NCBI GenBank assembly: GCA_965220645.1
Contig: OZ244836.1
Coordinates: forward strand, 660,075-724,074
DNA length: 64,000 nt
Reading direction: 5' to 3'
DNA from: Candidatus Aldehydirespirator sp.
GTDB lineage: Bacteria; Actinomycetota; Acidimicrobiia; Acidimicrobiales; Aldehydirespiratoraceae
Shown: positions 20,293 to 29,921 of the stretch, piece by piece
Layout: each line of letters begins with the position of its first letter
How positions within the stretch are numbered: the first letter of the stretch is position 1
Program-made: the position numbers and the translations under genes
The notes under the pieces: model-generated
What the model saw: only the letters and a program-made list of their open reading frames with translations
The model's database searches: none
What the model was told of the DNA's origin: nothing

Positions 20293-20463
20293 ATATGTAA
20301 CGCCCAGCGAACCCTAAGGCAAGCATTTCCCAGTACCAACAGCCAATCAGGAAGCAAGCACCAGATCCGATTGGCCGGTTAACAGGCAGTCCCCGATCGA
20401 TCCCACCGACACCGCCAGCCCGGCGTCTTTGGCGCGTTGGGTGAACGCCCAGGAGGTGAATTG

Positions 20464-21920
20464 GCCGGATTCAAGTGGTCGTCGCAACACCTCGATGATG
20501 GAGGTGTTTGTGATGGCGACGATGAGGGAGCGGCAGCGGGAGGTTCAGCTGTATCGGGGCCAGGTGCCGTCGCCTGGGCGTCCGACTGTTGCGTGGCGGC
20601 AGGATCGGGTGAGGTTCTGGGCGGCGATCGCTCGTGGGGAAAAGACCGGCGACGCGGCGGCTGTGGCGGGTGTGTCATCGCCGGTTGGGTTCCGGTGGTT
20701 CCGCCACGCTGGCGGTGTGAACCCATGCCTTGGCCCGACGGTGTCGGGCCGATATCTGTCATTCGGTGAGCGCGAAGAGATTGCGCTGTATCGGGCCCAG
20801 GGTGTCGGCGTGCGCGAGATCGCACGACGCTTGGGGAGGTCGCCATCAACGATCTCGCGAGAGTTGCGTCGGAACGCGTCGACGAGGACCTGGCGTCTCG
20901 AGTACAAAGCGACGATCGCCCAGTGGCATGCCGAGCGCCGCGCTCGGCGGCCCAAGGCGGCCAAGCTCGCCTCCAACGACCGGCTCCGCAGCTATGTCCA
21001 GGACCGCCTGGCTGGGCGGGTCAGGGCGCCCGATGGCCGGGTGCTGGGCCCCGAGGGTCCGCAATGGAACGGCAAGAACAAGCCGCATCGTGGTGACCGC
21101 CGCTGGGTTCAGGGATGGAGTCCCGAGCAGATCGCGAACCGCCTGCGGGTTGACTTCCCCGATGATGAGTCCATGCGGATCAGCCACGAGGCCATCTACC
21201 AGGCCCTCTACGTCGAAGGCCGAGGTGCGCTCAAGCGCGAGCTGGCCGCCTGTTTGCGCTCCGGGCGCGCCTTGCGGGTCCCACGGGCCCGGGCCCGACA
21301 GAAGGCGTGGGCCCACGTCACACCCGAGGTGATGATCAGCCAACGCCCCCCAGATGTCGAGGACCGGGCTGTGCCCGGACACTGGGAAGGCGACCTGCTC
21401 ATCGGACTGCACCGCTCCGCGGTCGGCACCCTCGTCGAGCGCACGACGAGGTTCACGATGCTGATCCATCTACCACGCGCCGAGGGCTACGGCGTGATCC
21501 CCCGCACCAAGAACGGCCCGGCCCTTGCCGGCTACGGCGCCGTCACCATGAAGGACGCGCTCAAAGCGTCGATGACCACGCTGCCCGAACAGCTGCGCCG
21601 ATCACTGACCTGGGACCGCGGCAAAGAACTCTCCGCGCATGTGGCATTCACCGTCGAGACCAACATCCCGGTCTACTTCGCGGACCCCAAGAGCCCCTGG
21701 CAGCGAGGAACCAACGAGAACACCAACGGGCTGCTGCGCCACTACTTCCCCAAAGGCACCGACCTGTCGCGATGGACCGCCCAAGAGATCAACGCCGTCG
21801 CCCACACCCTCAACACGAGGCCACGCAAGACCCTCGGCTGGCGCACACCCGCCGAAGCCCTCAACGAGCACCTACGCTCAATCCAACAACCCGGTGTTGC
21901 GACCACCGATTGAATCCGGC
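20464..21920 (+). mobile_element. IS30-family element inserted in IS3-2 orfB
   Basis: IRs GCCGGATTCAAGTGGTCGTCGCAACACC / GCCGGATTCAATCGGTGGTCGCAACACC; flanking TTG duplication. Confidence 0.92.
20513..21913 (+). CDS. IS30 transposase
   Basis: GHWEGDL, LTWDRGKE, PWQRGTNENTNGLLRHY, LNTRPRKTLGW. Confidence 0.95.
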   Translation: MATMRERQREVQLYRGQVPSPGRPTVAWRQDRVRFWAAIARGEKTGDAAAVAGVSSPVGFRWFRHAGGVNPCLGPTVSGRYLSFGEREEIALYRAQGVGVREIARRLGRSPSTISRELRRNASTRTWRLEYKATIAQWHAERRARRPKAAKLASNDRLRSYVQDRLAGRVRAPDGRVLGPEGPQWNGKNKPHRGDRRWVQGWSPEQIANRLRVDFPDDESMRISHEAIYQALYVEGRGALKRELAACLRSGRALRVPRARARQKAWAHVTPEVMISQRPPDVEDRAVPGHWEGDLLIGLHRSAVGTLVERTTRFTMLIHLPRAEGYGVIPRTKNGPALAGYGAVTMKDALKASMTTLPEQLRRSLTWDRGKELSAHVAFTVETNIPVYFADPKSPWQRGTNENTNGLLRHYFPKGTDLSRWTAQEINAVAHTLNTRPRKTLGWRTPAEALNEHLRSIQQPGVATTD

Positions 21921-21923
21921 TTG

Positions 21924-22478
21924 CGTGCCGTGATCGGAGTGGATCGTGGATCCGTGGGGTTCGCGGTTCTCTATGGCCATGGCCAGCGCGTTGGTGGCCA
22001 ACGACGCCTGGGGGCGTGAGTCGATGGACCAGCCCACTACTCGGCGGCTGAACACGTCGAGCACGACTGCGCAGTAGATCTTGCCTTCGCGTGTGGGGTG
22101 CTCGGTGATGTCGGTGACCCACAGCTGGTCGGGTTCGTCGCGGCGGAACCGCCGATCGACGAGGTCTGTGGCGGTGGGCAAATTGGGCACCTTGCGGTAT
22201 CGGTGCCGGCCCGGCAGCCCGGTGAGGCCGTTGCGGCGCATGACCAGCTCCACGGTGCAGCGCTCGACCTGCAAGCCACGCCCATGCACCAACTCGGCGT
22301 GGATGCGCCGCGCTCCATAGGTGCGCCGAGACGCATGGTGGATCTCGGCGATGACCCCCAGCAGCATCCCATGGCGCACCGAACGCGCTGACGGCGGACG
22401 CCGGCGCCAGCAGTAGTAGCCCGACACCGACACCCCCACCGCACGGCAGACAGCCTCCACGGGGTAGCCGTCGCTCAC
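21924..22478 (-). pseudogene. IS3-2 OrfB N-terminal part
   Basis: TYGARRI, WVTDITEH, IHSDHGTQ then IS30. Confidence 0.9.
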
Positions 22479-22783
22479 TACCGCGGCGACGACCTCGAAG
22501 CGCCTTTTGGGTCGGTCTGCTCCTTGAGCAGCTCGAAGGCCCGCCTGGTCACCGCCAGCTCGGTCTCGAGCTCGCGGATGCGTTTGCGGGCCGCGGCCAG
22601 CTCCACTGACTCCGCGGTGCTCACACCGGGTCGCAGCCCTCGATCCACCAGGTCCTGGTTGCGCCAGTTGTAGATCGTCTGACCCGTCACCCCCAACTGC
22701 TGGGCGATCTCAGCGACCGGTCTGCCCGCCTCGATGAGATCCAGGACCTTGCGCCGGAACTCGGCCGGATAACTCCTTGGCAT
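22478..22783 (-). CDS. IS3-2 OrfA
   Basis: MPRSYPAEFRRKVLDLI...IAQQLGVTGQTIYNW. Confidence 0.88.
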   Translation of the reverse strand: MPRSYPAEFRRKVLDLIEAGRPVAEIAQQLGVTGQTIYNWRNQDLVDRGLRPGVSTAESVELAAARKRIRELETELAVTRRAFELLKEQTDPKGASRSSPR

Positions 22784-22888
22784 GATGACCTCCTCAGGGT
22801 CGACATGCCCGAGATTCAACTATCCCGACTACGCGATACCCGGGGCACACCAGTCCCTCCAGGAAAGCCAGGGTGCCTCTGTGTGTTG

Positions 22889-23944
22889 TCAAGCGGCTTG
22901 GTCAGCGACGATGTCGGGGCAGCTGGGCTGTTGTTCGTCGGCGAGCATCACCCGCCAGACGCGGCCGGCGATCTTGCGTTTGAGGCAGCGCATGGCCTCT
23001 TTGTGGGTCTTGCCCTGGTCGATCTTGCGGTCGTAGTAGCGGCGGCCCTCGCTGTGGGCCTTGCGGATCTGGGTCACCGCGACGAGGTGCAGCGCCGAGT
23101 TGAGCTTGCGGTCGCCACTGCGGGAGAGCCGGTGGCGGATCCGTTCACCGCTGGAGGCCTCCACCGGCGCGGTGCCGGCGTAGCTGGCGAACGCGTCCGC
23201 GGTGGGGAACCTTGAGGCCCGCCCGCAGCGTCCGGTGAGGCGCGCCGCCAATACCGGGCCGATGCCGTCGATGTCAACCAGCCGGGTGGGGCGAGCCTCG
23301 AGCGCCTCGATCATGCGCTGGGTGATCGACGCCAGCGCCGCGTCCAGAGCTCGGATCTCGCGCACCAGGTCCCACGCCAGCTGCTTGCGTGTGCGCTGCA
23401 CTGGTGTGGCGGGGCGGATCTTGCGCAGCAGCGCCGCGGCACCGGCGGCTTTGAGCGCGGTGGGCGCCCCGCCCGCCACCAGGTCACGCAGCAGGGCGTG
23501 GAGCTGGTTGACCGAGCGCACACGCTGGGACGCCAGACTCCCACGACGCTCCTCCAACAAGGCGAACACCACGGTGTGGTCATCAACAACGACCGGGGCG
23601 GCGTCGCCCTGACAGGCAGCGACGCTGGCTGCAGCCGACGCGTCGATCACGTCGTTCTTGCGCCGTCCGCCCCTAGACAGCTCACGCACCCGCGCCGTCG
23701 CGACCGTCGACGCGTCCAGCACCGTCTCGCCGTGTGCGACGAGCCACTGTGCCAGATGACAACCCATGCCCCGGGCGTTCTCCACCGCCCAGCGGCGCTC
23801 GTCGAACTGCTCAGCCCAGCCCAGCAGCCTCCGATAGCCCGCCGCGCTGGCAGCGACCCGCAGCGACGCCACCGCTGTGTTCGTGGCCACATCCACCGCC
23901 GTGGCAGTGTGAGACGACTTGTGGGGATCCACTCCAATGATCAT
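22889..23944 (-). CDS. IS110 recombinase, type 1
   Basis: IGVDPHK, WAVEN, KNDVIDA, GIGPVLA, GTAPVEASSG. Confidence 0.95.
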   Translation of the reverse strand: MIIGVDPHKSSHTATAVDVATNTAVASLRVAASAAGYRRLLGWAEQFDERRWAVENARGMGCHLAQWLVAHGETVLDASTVATARVRELSRGGRRKNDVIDASAAASVAACQGDAAPVVVDDHTVVFALLEERRGSLASQRVRSVNQLHALLRDLVAGGAPTALKAAGAAALLRKIRPATPVQRTRKQLAWDLVREIRALDAALASITQRMIEALEARPTRLVDIDGIGPVLAARLTGRCGRASRFPTADAFASYAGTAPVEASSGERIRHRLSRSGDRKLNSALHLVAVTQIRKAHSEGRRYYDRKIDQGKTHKEAMRCLKRKIAGRVWRVMLADEQQPSCPDIVADQAA

Positions 23945-23959
23945 GACTCAGTCCTTGAC

Positions 23960-24136
23960 TCGACAGCAGTTGCACACCACAGCCGGCACGCCGACTTCGA
24001 GATCCAAGAATGGATCACGCCTCTGTTGAGCCAGACCGCAGCCGGCCGTCAACCGGGTCGCACACCCTGGCAGAGCCAGCCGAAGCGGCAGGCGGTTCAC
24101 GAGCCAACCCGGCCAACGACCCACCGGACGCTCCGG
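23960..24136 (-). ncRNA. Putative bridge RNA of IS110 type 1
   Basis: Contains a 9-nt complement of the flanking target (24063-24071 vs 22867-22875) and an 8-nt match to its own tail end (24019-24026 vs 22875-22882); boundaries approximate. Confidence 0.7.
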
Positions 24137-24252
24137 GGCAGCGTCCCGCCATATGGTGGGACTTGAGGTAGCTGGGAGGGTCCACCACTAGGGGGTCATC
24201 GGCGTGATCCTCGGTGAGAAGACATCACTCACTCATCGAGGAGGACACACCG

Positions 24253-25027
24253 ATGACCCTGTCTGATACTGACACAGCGCAGCTGTGGGAGACGTTTCGC
24301 GCTGGTGGCGGCGCGGAGCTGGTGCGCGGCGCGGTGCGTCTGGTGCTCCAGGAGCTGATCGAGGCCGAGGCCACCGAGGCGGTGGGCGCGGGGCGCTATG
24401 AGCGCAGCGACGCTCGTGTGAATGAGCGCAACGGGCACAGGCCGCGGCTGTTGGCCACCCAGGCCGGAGACGTCGAGTTGAGGATCCCCAAGCTGCGCAA
24501 GGGGTCGTTGTTGCCGTCGGTGCTCGAGCCTCGCCGGCGCATCGACAAGGCGCTGCACGCGGTCATCATGGAGGCATATGTGGCCGGGGTGTCCACCCGA
24601 TCAGTGGACGATCTGGTGGCCGCTTTGGGCGCGGAGTCGGGCATCTCCAAGTCGGAGGTGTCGCGCATCTGCGCGGGGCTCGACGACATGGTGGAGGCGT
24701 TCAGAAGCCGGCGCCTCGATCACGTCGAGTTCCCCTACGTCTATCTGGACGCGACCTACCTCAAGGTGCGCAACAGCGTCAGCCAGGTCGCCTCGATGGC
24801 GATGGTCGTGGCCACCGGCGTCACCGCAGACGGCAACCGCGAGATCCTGGGATGCGACATCGGCGACAGCGAGAGCGAGGGGTTCTGGCAGCACTTCTTG
24901 GGCTCGCTGCGAGCCCGCGGGCTCAGCGGGGTGCGCCTGGTGATAGCCGACGCCCACGCCGGGCTCGGCGCGGCCGCGGACCGCACCATCCAGGGCGCCG
25001 GGCGCCAGCGATGCAGGGTGCACTTCA
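24253..25027 (+). pseudogene. IS256-1 transposase N-terminal part
   Basis: RNGHR, IPKLRKGS, GVSTRSV, YLDATY, QRCRVHF. Confidence 0.92.
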
Positions 25028-25127
25028 TCTCCGTTAACCGGCCTTGGGTGGTCGGGCTTCGGCTGGTGGCGTGAGGGTCCGCGCGTGGTGCTGGTCGGGG
25101 GTGGAGACTTCGGTCGAGGAGGCCCGG

Positions 25128-26177
25128 ATGGGGTTGCGGGTAGCGGTCGTCGATGGCGGTCACCGTCTGGTCGGTGGTGGCGATGTGGTCGGTCTGGCGA
25201 ATCGGTGGCTGGCGCATCTGGAGGTCCGTGAGTTCTCACCGCGAACGGTTCGGGCGTATGCGTTCGATGCGTTGAACTTGGCCCGTTTCCTTGAGGATCG
25301 GTCGATTGCGGTGGCTGATGTGGTGGCGATGGACCTGTTCGATTGGCTGGCGTGGCAGTCCGCTGCGGTGCCGACGGCTGGCCGTCGGGTGGTCCGATTG
25401 CAGGAGCGTCGTGGCGCGGCGGCGTCGACGATGAACCGTCGCGTGGCGGCGGTGCGTGGCTTGTTCGACTACTTGGTGATGAGCGGCGAGGTCGAGGTGA
25501 ATCCGGTGCCGTCGCCTCGACGCTCGGGCGGGCTGCGCCAGGTTCGCCGCGGGATGCTCGGCCATGTTGGTGGCCGTCGTTCGGGTTCCGATGGTCGGCT
25601 GGTGCGTCAGGCACGTCCGTTGCCTGAGAGTTTGCCGGCCGGCGAGGTCGCGGTGTTCTTGGCCGATCTGGACCGTCATCGTGACCGGGCGGTGGTGTTG
25701 TTGATGTTGCTCGGCGGCCTGCGCGCGTCGGAGGTGCGGTCGCTGCGTTTGGCCGACATCGATGTCGGGATGCGACAGGTGACTGTCACCGGCAAGGGCG
25801 GCAAGCAGCGAACGGTGCCTGTGGATCGGGCGTTCTTCACCGAGTTGGGTTCATATCTGCGTGTGGAGCGACCGGCTGGGCTGACTACACCGGAGTGTTT
25901 CGTGGTGTTGCGCGGTCCGACGACCGGGCAGGCGATGAGCGAGGCCGGGTTGCGGCGGGTGTTCCGGACGCATCGGGCTCGTTCCGGTGCCCAGCGGGTG
26001 CGACCGCATCGGCTGCGGCACACGTTCGGGACCGAGCTCGCCGCGGCGGGGATGGATCTGTTGGTGCTGCGGGACCTGATGGGGCACGCGCACGCCGAAA
26101 CGACCGCCGCGTATGTGCACCCGAACGCGGAGACGATCGCTGCGGAGTGGTCGCGGGTTCGGGCGGTGCAGCGATGA
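25128..26177 (+). CDS. Small tyrosine recombinase, element C1
   Basis: GAGGAGG SD; GLRASE, GKGG, HRLRH, MGH, TAAY. Confidence 0.9.
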   Translation: MGLRVAVVDGGHRLVGGGDVVGLANRWLAHLEVREFSPRTVRAYAFDALNLARFLEDRSIAVADVVAMDLFDWLAWQSAAVPTAGRRVVRLQERRGAAASTMNRRVAAVRGLFDYLVMSGEVEVNPVPSPRRSGGLRQVRRGMLGHVGGRRSGSDGRLVRQARPLPESLPAGEVAVFLADLDRHRDRAVVLLMLLGGLRASEVRSLRLADIDVGMRQVTVTGKGGKQRTVPVDRAFFTELGSYLRVERPAGLTTPECFVVLRGPTTGQAMSEAGLRRVFRTHRARSGAQRVRPHRLRHTFGTELAAAGMDLLVLRDLMGHAHAETTAAYVHPNAETIAAEWSRVRAVQR

Positions 26178-28135
26178 TCGCTGCGGTCGCCTCTGGGGAA
26201 ACGGCCGTCGATGTGTTGGCCGACTACGAAGCCCACGTCGCGGCGTTGTCGATCACGCTTGGTGCTCGGCGGGATCGTGTGTATCGGGCTCGCCGGTTCA
26301 TGAGCGTGCATCGGGACCTGGGCGTGTGGATGCAACGCCCGACGGTTGCCCGGTTGGCGGATCTGCGCCGGGTGAAGGCATGGCCGTTCGCGACGTGGCT
26401 GTTCGTGTCGGGCCGACGGCGACCCGATCTCGAGCTGCTGCTCACCAAACCGGCCGGCTGCGATCTGCCGTCGGTGTGGGCCGCCGCTCACCCCGACGAC
26501 GTCGCCCGAGCCGAACAGATGGCGTTGGGGCTCGGATGGAGCAAGAACTGGACCCGCCAGGTTGTGATCCTGGCAGCGTCGATGATCTGTGTGTGGGCCA
26601 ACAAGGCCATCGACGATCTCGACGACGCCGACTTCGACGCGATCGTTGCCGAGCTTGATGACAGTCCCGCCGTGACGGCATCTGCGCGGACCCGGTTGAA
26701 GACGCGCCTGTTCTCGCTGCATCACGTCTGCTTTCAGCTCGGCATCTGCCACGTCGCACCCCGCCTCGGCCAACCACCGGCACGGAACGCTGCGCAACAC
26801 GCAGCCACGATCCCGCAACCCGCGATCGCCCGCGAGGTGGTCCGCTATGCCGAGACGATCTCCACGGTGCTGCGACCGTCAACGGTGCAGATGCGGGTCA
26901 AGTCGATCCGGGTCCTGTGCGACTGGCTCGCCGACCACCACCCCGACATCGAACGGCTCGATCAACTCGACCGCAACGTCCACATCGAACCGTTCATCGC
27001 CTGGGCCCGAACCCGGCCATGTCGCGGCAACAACGGTCGCGGGCGGACCGTGTCGCCAACCCAGTTCCACCACGATGTGGTCGACCTGCGCGTCTTCTTT
27101 GAGGACATCACCGAATGGGGATGGGCCAGCCAACCCAACCGCCGGCTGTTCTTCCTCGCCGATCTGCCCCGCCTGCCCGAACCCCTCCCACGCGCGCTCC
27201 CACGCGACGTCGACCGCGATCTGATGGCCGCCGTCGAACACCTCGATGACGACTTCGCCAGAACCGGGATCATCTTGCTGCGAGCCACCGGGATGCGCAT
27301 CGGTGAACTGTTGGATCTCGAACTCGACTGCCTCGTCACCTTCGGCACCCACGGCACCTGGCTCAAAGTCCCAATCGGCAAGCTCGGCACCGAACGAATG
27401 GTGCCGCTGGACCCCGGACCACTCGCCGCGCTCGACGCCTGGATCAAGAACCGCGACCGGCAACGACCCCTTCCGCATCCACGCGACGGACGCCTCTGCG
27501 ACTTCGTGTTCACCGAACGCGGGCGTCGCCCCGGAGCGCATCGGATCAGACGCGGACTCCACGACGCCGTCAACATCGCCGGGCTCACCGGCCCCGGCAA
27601 GCAACCACTGCGAGTCGTGCCCCACCAGCTCCGCCACACCTTCGGCACCGAACTCGTCAACGCCGGCATGTCACTGCCCGCGCTGATGGCGCTGCTCGGC
27701 CACGTCACCCCCGAAATGACGTTGCGCTACGCGCAGCTCGCCTCGCCCACCGTGCGAGCCGCCTATGACACCGCGATGGACAAGGTCCGCGCCCGGCGCC
27801 CCATCTTCGTCGTCCCAGCCGGCCGAACCACCGCAATCCCCGCCAAAGTCGACTGGCTCCACACCGAAATGATCAAGACCCGCGTCGCACACGGCTTCTG
27901 TTCACGCGACCCACTCGCTGGCGCCTGCACCTACTCGAACATCTGCGAACAATGCGACAACTTCGTCCCCGACCCCGCCCGAGAACCCGTCATCGCCGAA
28001 CAACTCGACGACATCCGCACCCTTCGCGACGACGCCCACCAACGCGGCTGGACCGACGAGGTCGCCCGCCACGACCGAGTCATCGAACACCTCGAACAGC
28101 ACCTCACAACCACCCGCCACCGAACCATCAGTTGA
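26174..28135 (+). CDS. Large tyrosine recombinase with Cys4 tail, element C1
   Basis: ATGA overlap; GMRIGE, IGK, HQLRH, LGH, TLRY; GFCSRDPLAGACTYSNICEQC. Confidence 0.9.
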   Translation: MIAAVASGETAVDVLADYEAHVAALSITLGARRDRVYRARRFMSVHRDLGVWMQRPTVARLADLRRVKAWPFATWLFVSGRRRPDLELLLTKPAGCDLPSVWAAAHPDDVARAEQMALGLGWSKNWTRQVVILAASMICVWANKAIDDLDDADFDAIVAELDDSPAVTASARTRLKTRLFSLHHVCFQLGICHVAPRLGQPPARNAAQHAATIPQPAIAREVVRYAETISTVLRPSTVQMRVKSIRVLCDWLADHHPDIERLDQLDRNVHIEPFIAWARTRPCRGNNGRGRTVSPTQFHHDVVDLRVFFEDITEWGWASQPNRRLFFLADLPRLPEPLPRALPRDVDRDLMAAVEHLDDDFARTGIILLRATGMRIGELLDLELDCLVTFGTHGTWLKVPIGKLGTERMVPLDPGPLAALDAWIKNRDRQRPLPHPRDGRLCDFVFTERGRRPGAHRIRRGLHDAVNIAGLTGPGKQPLRVVPHQLRHTFGTELVNAGMSLPALMALLGHVTPEMTLRYAQLASPTVRAAYDTAMDKVRARRPIFVVPAGRTTAIPAKVDWLHTEMIKTRVAHGFCSRDPLAGACTYSNICEQCDNFVPDPAREPVIAEQLDDIRTLRDDAHQRGWTDEVARHDRVIEHLEQHLTTTRHRTIS

Positions 28136-28158
28136 CCCCGACCCCCAAGGCCGGTTAA

Positions 28159-28646
28159 TCCGCAACATTCTCGCTTTGGTGCCCCGCAGCCACCAGCACA
28201 TGGCCGCCGCGGTGTTCCGGACCGTCTTCGCGCAGCCCGACGCCGAAGCTGTGCGCGACACCTGGGACGAAGTCGCCGCCCAGCTCGGCGCCCGATTCCC
28301 CAAAGTCGCAGCGCTGATGGCCGACGCCAAGCCCGAGGTGCTGGCCTTCGCGGCGTTCCCTCGGGCGCACTGGCAGAAGATCTGGTCCACCAACCCGCTG
28401 GAGAGAATCAACAAGGAGATCAAACGACGATCACGCGTCATCGGGATCTTCCCCAACGAAGCATCCGCCATCCGCCTCGTCGGAGCCATTCTCGCTGACC
28501 TCCACGACGAATGGCAGGCCACCGAGCGCCGCTACCTCTCAGAGCACTCCATGGCCACCCTCAGCCCCGAGCGCGATACCATCGCCACAGCCGAGCTCAC
28601 AGCCGGCCACCATCACCGAGGCTCAACTCAAGAGCCCACCACTTGA
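28159..28646 (+). pseudogene. IS256-1 transposase C-terminal part
   Basis: RNILALVP...WQKIWSTNPLERINKEIKRR..GIFPN. Confidence 0.92.
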
Positions 28647-28659
28647 TTCAGTGCATGAT

Positions 28660-28815
28660 TGGCGGGTGTTGCCGGCTCGCTCTACCACTTCGTGCCGTCA
28701 TGGCCAGGTCCCGTCTTGCGGCCGGCGACACGATGCGGACCGGCCGGTGTGGCTTGATAGGAGCGTGGCATCGCCCCCACTGAGTTGTGCCCGCCGACCG
28801 GTCCTTGCACCGTTC
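28660..28815 (+). ncRNA. Putative bridge RNA of IS110-2a
   Basis: Four guide-like segments in the order target-left, target-right, donor-left, donor-right; boundaries approximate. Confidence 0.75.
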
Positions 28816-28837
28816 ACCTACGAAAGGCAACGACATC

Positions 28838-29884
28838 ATGATCACATTGGGAATCGACGCGCACAAGCGCACCCACACTGTTGTCGCGGTCGACGAGCTG
28901 GGCCGCCAGCTCGGGTGCCGCACGACCTGCGGCACCACCACCGCTGACCATCGGGCGCTGATCGGCTGGGCAGAGGGGTTCGGAGCGGAGCGCACCTGGG
29001 CAGTCGAGGACTGTCGGCAGCTGTCGCGCCGCCTCGAGGCCGACATGCTCGCAGCAGGCGAGCGCATCGTGCGGGTCCCGCCCAAGCTGATGGCCCATGC
29101 CCGCGACGCGGCCCGCACCTACGGCAAGTCCGACCCCATAGACGCGCTCGCGGTGGCCCGCGCCGCGCAGCGCGAGCCCGATCTTCCCGCCGCGCACCTC
29201 GACGCTGCTTCCCGGGAGATCCGGCTGCTGGTCGATCACCGAGATGACCTCGTGGCCGAGCGCACACGCTGCATAAACCGGCTGCGCTGGCACCTCCATG
29301 AGATCGACCCCGCATTCGATCCTCCAGCGGGCGCGTTGACGACCCGCAAGCACCTCGACGCCGCCCACAAGCGCGTCCAGGGGCTCGACACGGTCGTGGC
29401 GCGCATCGCCGCAGAGATCATCGAGCGAATCCGCAGCCTCAACGCCATCATCGCCAGCCTCGGCGACGAACTCGACGCCCGAACCGCCCACGCCGCGCCG
29501 AACCTGCGCTCAGTGCACGGCGTGGGCCCGCTCACAGCAGCCAAGATCATCGGCGAGACCGCCGGCATCGGCCGGTTCCGCTCCCGGCACGCATACGCCC
29601 GCCACAACGGCACCGCCCCGCTGCCGGTCTGGTCCAGCAACACCCACCGGCACCGACTCAGCCGAGCCGGCAACCGCCAACTCAACGCCGCCATACACCG
29701 CATCGCGCTCACCCAGGCCAGCAACCACCCCCCAGCACGCCGCTTGCTGGACCGGCGAACCACCGGCGGCAACACCACCAAAGAAGCCATGAGAGTCCTC
29801 AAACGCCGACTCTCCGACGTCGTCTACCGAGCCCTCAACGCCGACGCCGCCCACCTCCAGGACCCCCAACTCCTAGCTGCTTGA
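28838..29884 (+). CDS. IS110 recombinase, type 2a
   Basis: LGIDAHK, WAVED, KSDPIDA, GVGPLTA, GTAPLPVWSS. Confidence 0.95.
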   Translation: MITLGIDAHKRTHTVVAVDELGRQLGCRTTCGTTTADHRALIGWAEGFGAERTWAVEDCRQLSRRLEADMLAAGERIVRVPPKLMAHARDAARTYGKSDPIDALAVARAAQREPDLPAAHLDAASREIRLLVDHRDDLVAERTRCINRLRWHLHEIDPAFDPPAGALTTRKHLDAAHKRVQGLDTVVARIAAEIIERIRSLNAIIASLGDELDARTAHAAPNLRSVHGVGPLTAAKIIGETAGIGRFRSRHAYARHNGTAPLPVWSSNTHRHRLSRAGNRQLNAAIHRIALTQASNHPPARRLLDRRTTGGNTTKEAMRVLKRRLSDVVYRALNADAAHLQDPQLLAA

Positions 29885-29921
29885 CACATAGGAGAGATGG
29901 GACGCCCCCCAGACTTGTAAG

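Larger units (their letters stand above)
16925..20388 (-). mobile_element. Element B copy 2 (core 16925-20382 plus coupling hexamer 20383-20388)
   Basis: Same ORF translations as B1; removal restores GSIGDCFDNAVIE. Confidence 0.92.
16681..22852 (-). mobile_element. IS3-family element 2, interrupted by element B2 and IS30
   Basis: IRs TGGTGTGCCCTGTGTTTCGCGCGGTCGGG / TGGTGTGCCCCGGGTATCGCGTAGTCGGG; orfA plus orfB in three pieces. Confidence 0.9.
22874..24136 (-). mobile_element. IS110-family element type 1 (head end truncated by IS256-1)
   Basis: DEDD recombinase gene with upstream non-coding end; TTGACA at tail; abuts an IS3-type IR remnant at 22853-22875. Confidence 0.85.
25028..28158 (+). 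mobile_element. Element C copy 1: two-tyrosine-recombinase element (hexamer 25028-25033 plus core 25034-28158)
   Basis: Perfect 15-bp IR TTAACCGGCCTTGGG; removal restores VHFIRNIL. Confidence 0.92.
28645..29898 (+). mobile_element. IS110-family element type 2, copy a, inside the right IR of IS256-1
   Basis: Short GA(T) core at both junctions; near-identical inverted copy at 41579-42832. Confidence 0.9.
24137..29909 (+). mobile_element. IS256-family element 1, interrupted by element C1 and IS110-2a
   Basis: Left IR GGCAGCGTCCCGCCATATGGTGGG; right IR CCCACCACTTGA|TGGGACGCCCCC split by IS110. Confidence 0.88.
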
